Shown here: positions 51,073-61,023 of the stretch, piece after piece
Numbering within the stretch: position 1 is the stretch's first letter
How the letters are laid out: the number at the start of each line of letters is the position of its first letter
DNA from: an uncultured Cytophagia bacterium
GTDB lineage: Bacteria > Zhuqueibacterota > Zhuqueibacteria > Residuimicrobiales > Krinioviventaceae
Assembly (NCBI GenBank): GCA_964399735.1
Contig: CAYNSO010000008.1
Location: forward strand, 2,150 to 66,149
Direction: 5' to 3'
DNA: 64,000 nucleotides
Notes under the pieces: generated by a model
Told to the model about the DNA's origin: nothing
Seen by the model: the letters and a program-made list of their open reading frames with translations, nothing else
The model's database searches: none
Made by a program: the position numbers and the translations under genes

Positions 51073-51702
51073 TTGCCTCGTATGATTAGCAGAGAAAAAT
51101 TATATCAGCTTGCACACCCCGGTCATGTTGAAAAAGCTGTTATTGCTACCCTGTTGTTATTCATTATCATTCTGCATATTGTCCCCAAACGTTTTATCCA
51201 TACCAAAACGGAACTTGCAGCAGTAAAAATCAGTATAAAAGTACAAGATGTTCCGGCAACGGAGCAAAAGTTCCGGCGTGGTTATCCGGCGCCATTGCGT
51301 CCGGTCATCCCGGTTCCATCGGACGAAGTATACCCGGAAGATGATACCATTGACGAAACGACCGTGCAATGGAATTTGGGAGATTCGCCTTTTGGCAATA
51401 GCGGGCTGACAGTTGGCAAGGCCGATACCATTCCACCGCGGCCTCTCATGCAAACGTTGCCTGAATATCCTGAAGAGTTGCAAAAGAAACGTGTTAAAGG
51501 GAGTGTAAAATTGCTGGTAAAGGTAGATGAAAACGGACGAGTGGTTGATGTGGTGATGGCAAGAAATACTACCGGCAGTGAAATGTGCCGGGAACTGGCA
51601 ATAGAAGCGGCATATAAAAGTACCTATATTCCGGCACGCTCCGATAACCGTAATATTGAAATGTGGACGACTTGTATTTACAGTTTTCAACAGTCCAGAT
51701 AA
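51073..51702 (+). CDS. energy transducer TonB-like protein (TonB C-terminal domain)
   Basis: N-terminal TM, Pro-rich linker, and C-terminal …GSVKLLVKVDENGRVVDVVM…. Confidence 0.6.
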   Translation: MPRMISREKLYQLAHPGHVEKAVIATLLLFIIILHIVPKRFIHTKTELAAVKISIKVQDVPATEQKFRRGYPAPLRPVIPVPSDEVYPEDDTIDETTVQWNLGDSPFGNSGLTVGKADTIPPRPLMQTLPEYPEELQKKRVKGSVKLLVKVDENGRVVDVVMARNTTGSEMCRELAIEAAYKSTYIPARSDNRNIEMWTTCIYSFQQSR

Positions 51703-51889
51703 GAAAAAAAATGTGTAAACAAAATTAGATATTGATACGTCAAATAAACAAAGAAGGAACACGGTTATAAAGAAAGACATTAATTAAGTATTGATTGGTT
51801 ATGGCTTGATTTGTATATTGTTCCAACCGCATGATATGTATGATCAAGTTATGTTTTACATATCCGGCGTTTTTATAAAGGAGGCGGTC

Positions 51890-52951
51890 ATGAAATTGAA
51901 TAATAAAAGAATAATGTTTGTCATGGGTATCTTGTTTATGGTTACCCTGTTTTCGGGTTGTTATACCCGGGTTGGCAATCCGGCTTTACAAACAACAGCT
52001 CGGGATGATTACTATACCGAGTATGATGAAAATGATGAACAGGAATATGAAGAGACTGAAGATTATCAGGTTGTTTATCATCAGTATGACCATGATGTGT
52101 ATGTAACAGGTGGTTCTGGTTACCCATATTATGTGGACAGCTGGCGGTATGACCCGTTTTATTATAGCTCTGATTATTACTGGTGGCGGTATCATAACCG
52201 CTGGGATCCCTGGGTGGGGTATCATTATAATAGCTGGCACAACCCCTATTACTGGGGGCCTGCGTCATATTGGGGCGGGCGTCATTATTATCATCATTCC
52301 CATTATCCAAACTATTATTACGGGCATGGGTCAACAGGGAATTATAGCGACCCTGTAAGGCGAGATTTTGCCAGGAGAACGCTGGTTACCAATCCGCCCA
52401 ATTCGGTGCGTCGTATGAATACCAGCGGCGACAGGTCAACAACTGTGAGCCGCAGAACAACCACGCGTACTGCAAGAACCGGTAATGATGTTGCGCCGGC
52501 CACTGTGCGGCGCAATACCGACAACAGCGCAGCGGGAACGGTACGTCAGCCGGTCGCCAGAACGACGCGCACCGGCGAGGTATCTACCAGCCGCAGCAGA
52601 ACTAGCAGTTCCGATACTCCGGCAACTACACGTCGAACAACGGTGAGAAAGCCAACGCAGGGCAATACCGGCAGCGAGTCTGGTCAAACTGTAACCAGAC
52701 AAAAAAGCAGTTCCGGTAGCAGCAGTGAAAGTACGTCTCGTTCCAGAACTGTGGAGAGGCGAACCCGCAGCAGCAGTCCTTCCTATACGCCGCGCTCAAG
52801 CAGTTCTTCCAGCCGCTCATCAAGCAGTTCCAGCAGCGGTTCCAGTTACAGTGGCAGCAAAAGCTCGTCCGGCAGCAGTTCAAGCGGCAGGAGTTCTTCA
52901 TCCGGCGGCAGTTCGTCGGGAAAAAGCTCCAGCAGTGGCAGAAAACGATAA
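51890..52951 (+). CDS. low-complexity lipoprotein: Y/W/H-rich aromatic block followed by S/R/T-rich tail
   Basis: AAGGAGG RBS, lipobox LFSGC, …YYWWRYHNRWDPWVGYHYNSWHNPYYWGP…, then RSRTSSS…SSSGSSYSGSKSSSGSSSSGRSSSSGG. Confidence 0.55.
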   Translation: MKLNNKRIMFVMGILFMVTLFSGCYTRVGNPALQTTARDDYYTEYDENDEQEYEETEDYQVVYHQYDHDVYVTGGSGYPYYVDSWRYDPFYYSSDYYWWRYHNRWDPWVGYHYNSWHNPYYWGPASYWGGRHYYHHSHYPNYYYGHGSTGNYSDPVRRDFARRTLVTNPPNSVRRMNTSGDRSTTVSRRTTTRTARTGNDVAPATVRRNTDNSAAGTVRQPVARTTRTGEVSTSRSRTSSSDTPATTRRTTVRKPTQGNTGSESGQTVTRQKSSSGSSSESTSRSRTVERRTRSSSPSYTPRSSSSSSRSSSSSSSGSSYSGSKSSSGSSSSGRSSSSGGSSSGKSSSSGRKR

Positions 52952-52997
52952 TGAAAGACTGACAGGCATCGCTGCTCAGGGATGAAAGGAGAAAGAA

Positions 52998-54395
52998 ATG
53001 CAAGGAAAAAGTGTATTTATATCATTAATAGTAATGTTACTGGTTGTTGCGCAGGTAACTTTAGCCCAGGAAGAGGTTTTCTTCCTTGGTGAAGAAACCG
53101 GCGTCGGGGCGCGGGCAATGGGTATGGGCGGCGCATTCCTCGGCGTTGCCGATGATTATTCCGCCATCTACTGGAATCCGGCCGGGTTGGGACAGATACG
53201 CCGCATGGAAATGAACATTGGTTTTTCGCATAATAAATACAATAATAAGGCGGATTTTTTAGGGACTTCCATGACCGGTGAAACCAGCTTTACGCGGTTG
53301 AATTCAATTGGTTTTGTATTCCCGGTGCCCACGTACCAGGGCAGCCTGGTGTTTGGCGTTGGCTATAATAAAATAAGGGATTTCGATACCGCCCTGGAGA
53401 TCAGCGGCTTTAACGAGGATTACACCGCTTATGCGGACAATGTTATGCCGATTTGGGGTGATGAATATGCTACCGATATTTATGGCGATCTGCAACAGGA
53501 TGAGTCCATCATTGAAGAAGGCAGCCTGAACCAGTTCACCATGTCTGGGGCTGTTGAAATACAAAAAAGTGTATTGCTTGGCGCTTCGCTCAATTTTATT
53601 GGCGGCAAGGATGATTATAGTTTAAAGTTTATCGAGTCGGATATTTATAATTTTTACAACACCGCTCCGTATGACGATTCGCTGGGTTATCGGGTTTTGT
53701 CGGACCTGGATAACTGGGTATTTGATCAAAATATAGTATCCGATTACAGCGCTACCAGTTTGAAAATGGGTGTTTTATATCAGATGAATCGGGCCATCCG
53801 GCTTGGCGCTACGATTGTATTCCCGACGCAGTATTCAATTAATGAAAGCTGGTCACAAACCATTACCGAAACGTATGATTATGATGATGATATGTATGTT
53901 GAAGAGCAGAGCGGCGAAGGAGTAAATTATAAATTTGTCGAACCATATACCCTGGCGGTTGGCGGGTCGTTCAAACTGATCAATTTGTTGCTTTCCGGCA
54001 GTGTTGAATTTAAGGATTGGACCCAGGCAAAATTCAAAACCGACGCCCCCAGTTATGGCGTTAGTAAAAGTGATGTTAATGCCAGAATTAAAAAAGAGTT
54101 GCAATCGGTAACCAGAATAAGGCTTGGCGCTGAAGTTTATGTGCCGGTTATTAAAGCGCGGGTTCGGGCGGGTTATTATAATGATCCTTCAGCATACAAG
54201 TACACCAATGTAACGCCGGACAAGGAATATCTAACCGCCGGCGCCAGTTTGATGCTGGACAAACAAGTTATGGTTGATTTTGGCTTGACCCATGGCAGTT
54301 GGCAACGTGAAACCACCGATAATTTAACCTGGTCGCCGACTCTGGAAAAAGTGACTTTTAACAAGTTTGTAGGAACCTTGTCAGTCAGATTTTAA
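52998..54395 (+). CDS. FadL/TodX-like (or PorV-like) outer membrane channel protein
   Basis: Signal peptide, N-terminal motif GARAMGMGGAFLGVADDYSAIYWNPAGL, and C-terminal …LSVRF. Confidence 0.55.
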   Translation: MQGKSVFISLIVMLLVVAQVTLAQEEVFFLGEETGVGARAMGMGGAFLGVADDYSAIYWNPAGLGQIRRMEMNIGFSHNKYNNKADFLGTSMTGETSFTRLNSIGFVFPVPTYQGSLVFGVGYNKIRDFDTALEISGFNEDYTAYADNVMPIWGDEYATDIYGDLQQDESIIEEGSLNQFTMSGAVEIQKSVLLGASLNFIGGKDDYSLKFIESDIYNFYNTAPYDDSLGYRVLSDLDNWVFDQNIVSDYSATSLKMGVLYQMNRAIRLGATIVFPTQYSINESWSQTITETYDYDDDMYVEEQSGEGVNYKFVEPYTLAVGGSFKLINLLLSGSVEFKDWTQAKFKTDAPSYGVSKSDVNARIKKELQSVTRIRLGAEVYVPVIKARVRAGYYNDPSAYKYTNVTPDKEYLTAGASLMLDKQVMVDFGLTHGSWQRETTDNLTWSPTLEKVTFNKFVGTLSVRF

Positions 54396-54436
54396 TTGCA
54401 GAGGTCTTTATTAAAACAAATAATATTGCCAAAATC

Positions 54437-55213
54437 GTGGCGCAGGTAAGCATTCTGCTTGTATGCGGGTTAATATGCAGCTGCGCCACCACTCAAAAAC
54501 CATACAGGGCGCCCAAAGTGCTTTTTGACGGGGAACTGGATTATCCCCTGAGCGCCCAGCTTAATAAAATTGAGGGCGATGTATTGGTGGATGTGTTTGT
54601 TGATAAAGGGGGAAAACCGCAGGAAGCAAAAATACTACGCTCCTCCGGAAGTGCGGATTTGGACAGCGCCGCGGTAAGTTTCTCGCGCAAGGTGGCTTAT
54701 GAACCCGCTTTGTATAATAATAGCCCGATAGGTTCCTGGACGCGGTTAGAGCTTCGTTACAAACTACAAAAAATAGATTTTGATGAAAATTCCTGGGTTT
54801 CCGAGGTTCGGCATATTCAAAAACAAATAGCTGACGAGCAGGATGCTGAAAAACGTAAAGTTCTTTTACAACGTCTCTATACCAAGTACTCGGGGATTGT
54901 AGAGTATATTAAAAAGAATGATGATGTTAAAATAAACAAGATCATTGAACTGGCGTTAACTAAAGAATCGATAAAAAAATGGGGTAATTTTTGGGATGTA
55001 ATACCGGCGCCATTTACCTTGTATGATGATTTTTGGGAACGTTACCCGGATTGTCCCTTCAAGATCATTCTTAAAGATGATCTGATGAAACAGATTATTG
55101 ATGCAGAATATATGCTACGGATGAAAGTCAACAGGAATCCTCGATTTGAGCAGCGCTCCCATTACTATTTTGATGCTCTAAGTGCCCGCCTGAAACAGTT
55201 GCAAAATTTATAG
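54437..55213 (+). CDS. lipoprotein with N-terminal TonB-C-like domain
   Basis: GTG start; …GDVLVDVFVDKGGKPQEAKILRSSGSADLDSAAV…. Confidence 0.45.
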   Translation: MAQVSILLVCGLICSCATTQKPYRAPKVLFDGELDYPLSAQLNKIEGDVLVDVFVDKGGKPQEAKILRSSGSADLDSAAVSFSRKVAYEPALYNNSPIGSWTRLELRYKLQKIDFDENSWVSEVRHIQKQIADEQDAEKRKVLLQRLYTKYSGIVEYIKKNDDVKINKIIELALTKESIKKWGNFWDVIPAPFTLYDDFWERYPDCPFKIILKDDLMKQIIDAEYMLRMKVNRNPRFEQRSHYYFDALSARLKQLQNL

Positions 55214-55459
55214 CCAGGCAAGCTGGTTTGACTAGTTATTTTATTCAGGTATATTGATTCAAATTTCCCATAATATTTTAAATTATGCAATGAACAGGTT
55301 CGTTTTTGCCCCGTAAGAGAATTAGATTGAATAAGCAATTATGAATATTGGGTTATAAAGAAAAGTGAAATTTCTGCACAATTTGTTTTATTCAGTAAAA
55401 TTGCATATATTTAGTAGAGTTGTTATGATGGGCAGGAAATTTAGGCGTTTGGAGGTAGT

Positions 55460-56056
55460 ATGTTAAAGCGGTTACGTTATGTTTATTTAATTATATTACT
55501 ATTTACCTGCAGTTCCCTGTATGCCCAGCGCAAGGGAGCTGTTGATATGGGTGGTATGTTTTCTTTTAAATCATATTCCGAAGCGGATAGCAGCGGCAGC
55601 GAACTGGATTTGCATTGGGTAGTTGGTTACTATATGTCGCGGCGGCTGGCCTCGGAATTTCAACCGATCGTTCGGGTAAATTTTCATCATGACGATGTCA
55701 AGGTGTCTTCAATTTTTATGGGCGGGTTAGCGTATCGCATTTTTGATGTTGTGCCGGATGACTATTTACAACGCCGGCAGCGAGGCCGTGATTTGGGAAC
55801 AACGCCGGGCGTGTACGCCACCGGTTTGGTGGGTTTTTGGGTAGACGGATTTACAGACAAAAACGATCCCTCCGGCAAGACCTATTCCGGCCCGGTGTTT
55901 TCAGGGGCGTTGGGCACCCGCACGGGTATCAGTAAAACCGCCATGCTGCGGGTTAATGCGCAAATGATCTATTTATTGCCCAATGGCCCGGTATTTGATG
56001 AATCGAGAATGATTTTCCTGATCTCTGTTGGCTTGTCGGTTTTTGTTGTATTGTAA
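55460..56056 (+). CDS. small outer-membrane beta-barrel protein (hypothetical)
   Basis: Signal peptide and alternating amphipathic strands. Confidence 0.45.
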   Translation: MLKRLRYVYLIILLFTCSSLYAQRKGAVDMGGMFSFKSYSEADSSGSELDLHWVVGYYMSRRLASEFQPIVRVNFHHDDVKVSSIFMGGLAYRIFDVVPDDYLQRRQRGRDLGTTPGVYATGLVGFWVDGFTDKNDPSGKTYSGPVFSGALGTRTGISKTAMLRVNAQMIYLLPNGPVFDESRMIFLISVGLSVFVVL

Positions 56057-56159
56057 TTGTGCAGCAGTAATTTTTCAAATACCAGTGTTTATATTATTGA
56101 CATTAACAGGTGTTTATATTAAATTAAGAAAAAAATCATTCCTGATAGCCGGGTAAAAT

Positions 56160-57023
56160 ATGAATTATTCAAAAAAATTTTGGATTGTTGTATTACTGCT
56201 AGTGTCATCAAGTCAACTGCTCTACAGTCAACTGGATGACCGTACGTTGTTAGGAAGTAAACGGTTGCCGGGTATAAATCCGGATTCCTATTTTTCCAAG
56301 CCAGTGCAATTAATTGATGCGCCAACGGCCAGCATCCTTCAGGGGGGCGATATTAATACCAGCATTCGTTTGTTTGAGCAGGGCGGAGCATTGAGCAGTT
56401 TATCGGTCGGTATTTCAAACAAGGTAATGTTTGGCATATCTTTTGGCGGCGCTCATATCATTGGCAGCGGCAATGTGGACTGGAACAAGGCGCCCGGAAT
56501 TCATTTTATGTACCGGATGATCGAGGAAGATCTGGTAATGCCGGCGCTGGTTTTAGGTTTTGATTCGCAGGGTTACGGGCCATTTCATGATAAAGTTGAT
56601 GCTGTTGAAACTTTGGATGGCGATCAAACAGCGCCATCGGATCGATATGCTGTAAAATCGAAAGGCTTTTTTTGCGTTGTGTCCAAAGGATATAGTTCCT
56701 TGTTGAAAATGGGGCTGCATGGCGGTATTAATTACAGCCTTGAAGACAGTGATAAAGATAAAAGCCCGACTGTTTTTATAGGAATGGACGCAATGATAAG
56801 CCGGGATATTGCCTTTATAGCTGATTATGACTTTGCCGCCAATGACGATCTGATGAGAAAAAACAATGACGACAAGGGATATTTTAATGCCGGTGTTCGC
56901 TGGGCATTTACCGATTATATGTTTATTGAATTTGATTTCAAGAATATCCTTGCATCAAAGGAAAACAAGATTACAGATATAAACAGAATTTTAAAAATTG
57001 TATATTACGGAACAATAAAATAG
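56160..57023 (+). CDS. secreted hypothetical protein (beta-rich)
   Basis: Signal peptide. Confidence 0.4.
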   Translation: MNYSKKFWIVVLLLVSSSQLLYSQLDDRTLLGSKRLPGINPDSYFSKPVQLIDAPTASILQGGDINTSIRLFEQGGALSSLSVGISNKVMFGISFGGAHIIGSGNVDWNKAPGIHFMYRMIEEDLVMPALVLGFDSQGYGPFHDKVDAVETLDGDQTAPSDRYAVKSKGFFCVVSKGYSSLLKMGLHGGINYSLEDSDKDKSPTVFIGMDAMISRDIAFIADYDFAANDDLMRKNNDDKGYFNAGVRWAFTDYMFIEFDFKNILASKENKITDINRILKIVYYGTIK

Positions 57024-57026
57024 GTT

Positions 57027-57545
57027 ATGGCAGGTAGAACAAAAAGTTTATTTTGGGTTTTAGCGCTGGGTTTATTCCTTTCAGGATGCTATACCAGTTT
57101 CAGGCACCCTGCGCTGGATTCGCAGGGTCAGAGGATAAACAAGACCGAAATTGCCAATGCCCGCAGTTGTTATGAATGTCATGACGACGGGAGTTTGCAT
57201 TCGGGTTCTGTTATGCCGGCGGCTGTGCAAAATGATTATAGCTGGCATTTTTACAACAACACCGCCTGGTGGCAGGATGAATATGATTTTTACCCGGTAA
57301 ATTCTGTCGAGTCCGCAGAAACAACCGGCCCGCGTTTGCCGGGAATAGCGCCAAATTACAGTAATGATGCAATAACTCCAATTCCGGTTGTACCGACAAC
57401 ATCCGGGTTGAGTAAAAAAACAGCAAAAGAGAATGCCCAGCCTGAGCAGAGCGATAACCGCCGGGATTTTGAGCGCCGCCAGAACACCAAAGCGCCGGAT
57501 GAAAAGTCCGGGGGAAATACCGGGGATTCTGCGCGGGAGCGGTAA
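57027..57545 (+). CDS. lipoprotein with single CxxCH haem-binding motif (cytochrome-c-like)
   Basis: Lipobox LSGC; CYECH motif. Confidence 0.45.
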   Translation: MAGRTKSLFWVLALGLFLSGCYTSFRHPALDSQGQRINKTEIANARSCYECHDDGSLHSGSVMPAAVQNDYSWHFYNNTAWWQDEYDFYPVNSVESAETTGPRLPGIAPNYSNDAITPIPVVPTTSGLSKKTAKENAQPEQSDNRRDFERRQNTKAPDEKSGGNTGDSARER

Positions 57546-57629
57546 TTTCATTCTCTGAATTTGCGTCGAGTTGGTAATATCATTTTTGTTGTAGTCACAG
57601 TGGTTAACACATAATATAAGGGGTGTAAT

Positions 57630-58619
57630 GTGATTGCAGAATTTTTGCCGGGGCAGGTTGTTGAAGATTTTTTTGTTTTACGTAAACTGGAATGCCGAAA
57701 ACAAGCAGAAAAGGGAGATTTATATTTATCCCTTGAACTGGGCGACGCTTCCGGAAGAATTTTTGGTACTTGTTGGAAGCAGGTAAATGAAATTCAAAAA
57801 TTAATCAAAGAGGGGGATATTGTTAAAGTCAAGGGGCAGGTTATTGAATGGAAGGACAAGCTGCATTTATCGGTAGAAAAAATACGTCTTGCTGAAGTTA
57901 AAGACCATGTCAACACCAGCGGCCTGATCCCGACAGGCACAGTCAATCCGCAGGAAAACCTGGAAAAAATAATGCTCAAGATCAAGACCGTTCAGGAGGA
58001 AAACCTGCATAGTTTGCTCATGTCTGTCTATACTGATAAAGCCATCAGAAAAGCCCTGTTAAAAGCGCCGGCCGGTAAACTTTGGCATCATTGTTACGAA
58101 GGGGGCTTGCTGGAGCATACCCTTGGCGTTTGTAAAATAGCTGAAAGTATTGCTGCCATTGTTCCAAAAGTCGACAAACAATTAATAATAACCGGAGCAT
58201 TATTGCATGATATTGGTAAAACCCGTGAGTATAAAACCGGTTATTTTATTGATTATTCAGATGAGGGCCGGCTACTGGGGCATATTGCCATTGGCTATCA
58301 TTTGGTGGCAGGGTTTATTGAAAAGAAAAAAAGCTTTCCGGTTGAATTGGCTAACAAGGTTTTGCATTTGATCTTGTCGCACCAGGGAGAACTGGAGCAT
58401 GGCTCACCGGTGGTGCCAATGTGCCGGGAATCGTTGATTTTGTATTATGCAGATGAGTTGGACTCTAAATTGAACGCTTTTGAGCGAATTTATGACAAGG
58501 AAAAAAGTATGCATAAAAAATGGAGCAGCTATGTCAAACTGATGGATCGGTTTTTATACTTTGGCGAAGACCAGAATGCTGCCGCAATGATGCCGACGGA
58601 AAAGTATGGTAAAAAATAA
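57630..58619 (+). CDS. YhaM-like 3'-5' exoribonuclease (OB-fold plus HD domain)
   Basis: N-terminal OB fold and HD motif …LLHDIGK…. Confidence 0.7.
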   Translation: MIAEFLPGQVVEDFFVLRKLECRKQAEKGDLYLSLELGDASGRIFGTCWKQVNEIQKLIKEGDIVKVKGQVIEWKDKLHLSVEKIRLAEVKDHVNTSGLIPTGTVNPQENLEKIMLKIKTVQEENLHSLLMSVYTDKAIRKALLKAPAGKLWHHCYEGGLLEHTLGVCKIAESIAAIVPKVDKQLIITGALLHDIGKTREYKTGYFIDYSDEGRLLGHIAIGYHLVAGFIEKKKSFPVELANKVLHLILSHQGELEHGSPVVPMCRESLILYYADELDSKLNAFERIYDKEKSMHKKWSSYVKLMDRFLYFGEDQNAAAMMPTEKYGKK

Positions 58620-58691
58620 TCAAAATTTGTTCTTAAAAAATATAAATGTCTTGACTTTTATTTGAAAAAAGTATAAATTAATATTCATTTT

Positions 58692-58764
58692 TCCGGTGTA
58701 GCTCAACCGGCAGAGCGGGTGGCTGTTAACCACTAGGTTGTAGGTTCGAGTCCTACCACCGGAG
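58692..58764 (+). tRNA. tRNA-Asn (anticodon GUU), no encoded CCA
   Basis: Acceptor stem tccggtg/caccgga, anticodon loop cuGUUaa, T-arm ggttcgagtcc. Confidence 0.85.
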
Positions 58765-58768
58765 CTTT

Positions 58769-58800
58769 AAAGCCCGATTGTATCGGGCTTTTTGCTTTTT
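58769..58800 (+). terminator. terminator hairpin aagcccgat-tgt-atcgggctt + T-tract
   Basis: Immediately after the tRNA. Confidence 0.75.
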
Positions 58801-59026
58801 ATAAGGCAATTAAAACTGAATTTTGGGAAATATAGCTAAAATTTCCATTTGTTTCAATTACCTGTATTTTATAAATTTAGGGAAAATGCTGCAAATAAAG
58901 CTGAAACTTGATATTTGCCGGATTGATTGACTCAAGTTCAATTTTAATAATGTTTTAACATATTCCAGGAACTTTTTTGATTTTATTGACGTTAATTTTT
59001 TTGAAAGAAACAGGGTACAGGAATTT

Positions 59027-59050
59027 TCAAGCATTTTGAAAAATGCTTGA
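59027..59050 (+). promoter_or_regulatory. perfect 11-bp inverted repeat tcaagcatttt-ga-aaaatgcttga (candidate operator) about 130 bp upstream of hlyD
   Basis: Read directly from the sequence. Confidence 0.35.
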
Positions 59051-59147
59051 AAATATTTATCTTGATATTTATAGTAATTTATATTTAATTATCAGTGTTA
59101 TTTGTAAAATTGTTTAATAAACTATTTAATCACATCGACCCGGTTGT

Positions 59148-59174
59148 GAACCGGGTTTTTTTTTACAGAAATTA
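59148..59174 (+). terminator. terminator-like hairpin acccggttgtgaaccgggt + T9, only about 8 nt before the hlyD start codon (possible attenuator)
   Basis: Read directly from the sequence. Confidence 0.45.
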
Positions 59175-59181
59175 AAGAGTA

Positions 59182-60258
59182 ATGAAAAGAAAAACCAGGT
59201 ATAATCTTTTTTATTTTGGAGTCCTTTTTTGCGCACTTGTTGTCCTGTCATTTTTAGTCAAGTTCGATCATTACCTTAAAACCCCCTGCCGTTTTGTTGC
59301 CCAGGCTGAGTGGAAAGTGATTCAAAGTGAGCCGGACAAGATATTTTCAGTCATCAAGCGAAACGATACCAACCTTATCCAGCAGTTTAATTTGATGCAG
59401 ATCAGCCGCCCGGATTATATTCATTATACAATCAACGATTCCATATTTAAAGCCGGGGTTGTTAAAAAAGGCGATTTGGTTGCCAGGGTGCATTCTTTTC
59501 AGGATCAAATTATGTTGGCGCAGCTACAAGGGTTACGTAATGTTGCCAAAGCCGATGTGGAAGTTATGACAACAGGTGAAAAGCCGGCAATCCGGGAAGA
59601 AGCAATACAGACCTTAAACCATGCCAGAGCTCAATATACTAATTTTACTCCCCAGTATGAGCGGGTAAAAAAGCTATATGAGCAAAAATTAGCCAGCGAC
59701 AATGAAATGGATATAGCCCAGGCTACTTTTGATCTTTACAAGGTAAATGTAGCTTTGGCGGAAGCGCGTGTAAGAGTTGTGGAAACCGGTGAAAAATCAT
59801 CCGAGATATTGAAAAGCCGGAATGAACTGGATGATTATGAGAATCAGATCCAGGTACTGGAACAAAAGTTAAATGCGCAATTTGTAAAAGCGCCGATCAA
59901 TGGAATAATAAACGAAACTTTGCTGGACAGCACAGTTTTATGCCTGGTAAGCAAGATGGATACCATGGTTGTGCAGATCATGCTGCGCGAGTATCAGATC
60001 AAGTATATCAAGCCCGGTTCACCGGTCAAAGTTTATTATACCGGATTCCGCGGTCGAGTGGACAGCTCTCGTGTTGCGAGTATTGGAAACAAGGCGGAAT
60101 TGATTTATGGAATGCCGGTTTATATTGCCAAAGCCCAAATTGCGAACAATGCTTTGGATATTTTACCAGGGATGACAGGGTATGTAAAAATCAAAGCCGG
60201 CAAAACGGATATTGTCTCCCTGATAAAAATGGAATGGGACAATTATTTAAACAGATAA
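59182..60258 (+). CDS. HlyD-family membrane fusion (periplasmic adaptor) protein
   Basis: N-terminal TM, coiled-coil region, and …VKAPINGIINE… lipoyl/barrel motif. Confidence 0.6.
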   Translation: MKRKTRYNLFYFGVLFCALVVLSFLVKFDHYLKTPCRFVAQAEWKVIQSEPDKIFSVIKRNDTNLIQQFNLMQISRPDYIHYTINDSIFKAGVVKKGDLVARVHSFQDQIMLAQLQGLRNVAKADVEVMTTGEKPAIREEAIQTLNHARAQYTNFTPQYERVKKLYEQKLASDNEMDIAQATFDLYKVNVALAEARVRVVETGEKSSEILKSRNELDDYENQIQVLEQKLNAQFVKAPINGIINETLLDSTVLCLVSKMDTMVVQIMLREYQIKYIKPGSPVKVYYTGFRGRVDSSRVASIGNKAELIYGMPVYIAKAQIANNALDILPGMTGYVKIKAGKTDIVSLIKMEWDNYLNR

Positions 60259-60276
60259 ACAGTAACAAGACAAAGC

Positions 60277-61008
60277 ATGGCTAATATAAAATCTATAAAA
60301 GGTCGTTACGAGATAAAGTATTATGTGCCGTTGGAAAAAGTATCGCTGATCAAGGAATTTATCAAGCCTCATGTCGATCTTGATCCATACAGTGTTGACC
60401 TGGTTAATCAACAGTATATTATTCGCAGTGTATATCTCGATTCCCCTGAACTGGATTTTTATTATCAAAAGCTGGACGGACTGCCGGTGCGGCGTAAACT
60501 GCGTGTTCGTGTTTACAATGATTATGACCCCAATGCTATCGGTTTTTTGGAAATAAAGAGAAGGTACAGTAAAACCATAGTAAAAGAACGCGCCAAATAT
60601 ACTTTTGCTGAAATTGAAAAGTTTTTAAATCCTGAAAACCGGGACTGGGGAATATTGAAGCAAATTAACGGCACGCTGGTACTGAGCAAGTTTTTATATA
60701 ATATTAATAAACTTGAGCTGGCTCCGGTTGTGTTGATTGTGTACAATCGCGATGCTTATATTGGCAAGTTAGACAACCGTGTTCGTTTAACAATAGATTA
60801 CAATGTGCGTTCCCGGAAAAGTGATGATATTAGCAGTATCTTTCAGGATGGAATCCTGATTCCGGTTGTTGATTCGCAATGTATTTTAGAGTTAAAGTAT
60901 GATAGTTTTATGCCCAAATGGATGCGAGAACTGACACACGAGTTGCGAATCAGCCCGCAGGCTATATCAAAGTACTGTATGAGCATAGAAAAATGTGTGC
61001 TTGCGTAA
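60277..61008 (+). CDS. VTC-domain (CYTH-like, polyphosphate-polymerase-like) protein
   Basis: YEIKYYV N-terminal ExK motif, length about 243 aa, and pairing with a DUF4956-like gene. Confidence 0.5.
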   Translation: MANIKSIKGRYEIKYYVPLEKVSLIKEFIKPHVDLDPYSVDLVNQQYIIRSVYLDSPELDFYYQKLDGLPVRRKLRVRVYNDYDPNAIGFLEIKRRYSKTIVKERAKYTFAEIEKFLNPENRDWGILKQINGTLVLSKFLYNINKLELAPVVLIVYNRDAYIGKLDNRVRLTIDYNVRSRKSDDISSIFQDGILIPVVDSQCILELKYDSFMPKWMRELTHELRISPQAISKYCMSIEKCVLA

Positions 61009-61023
61009 GGAGTTTGTAAAGGA

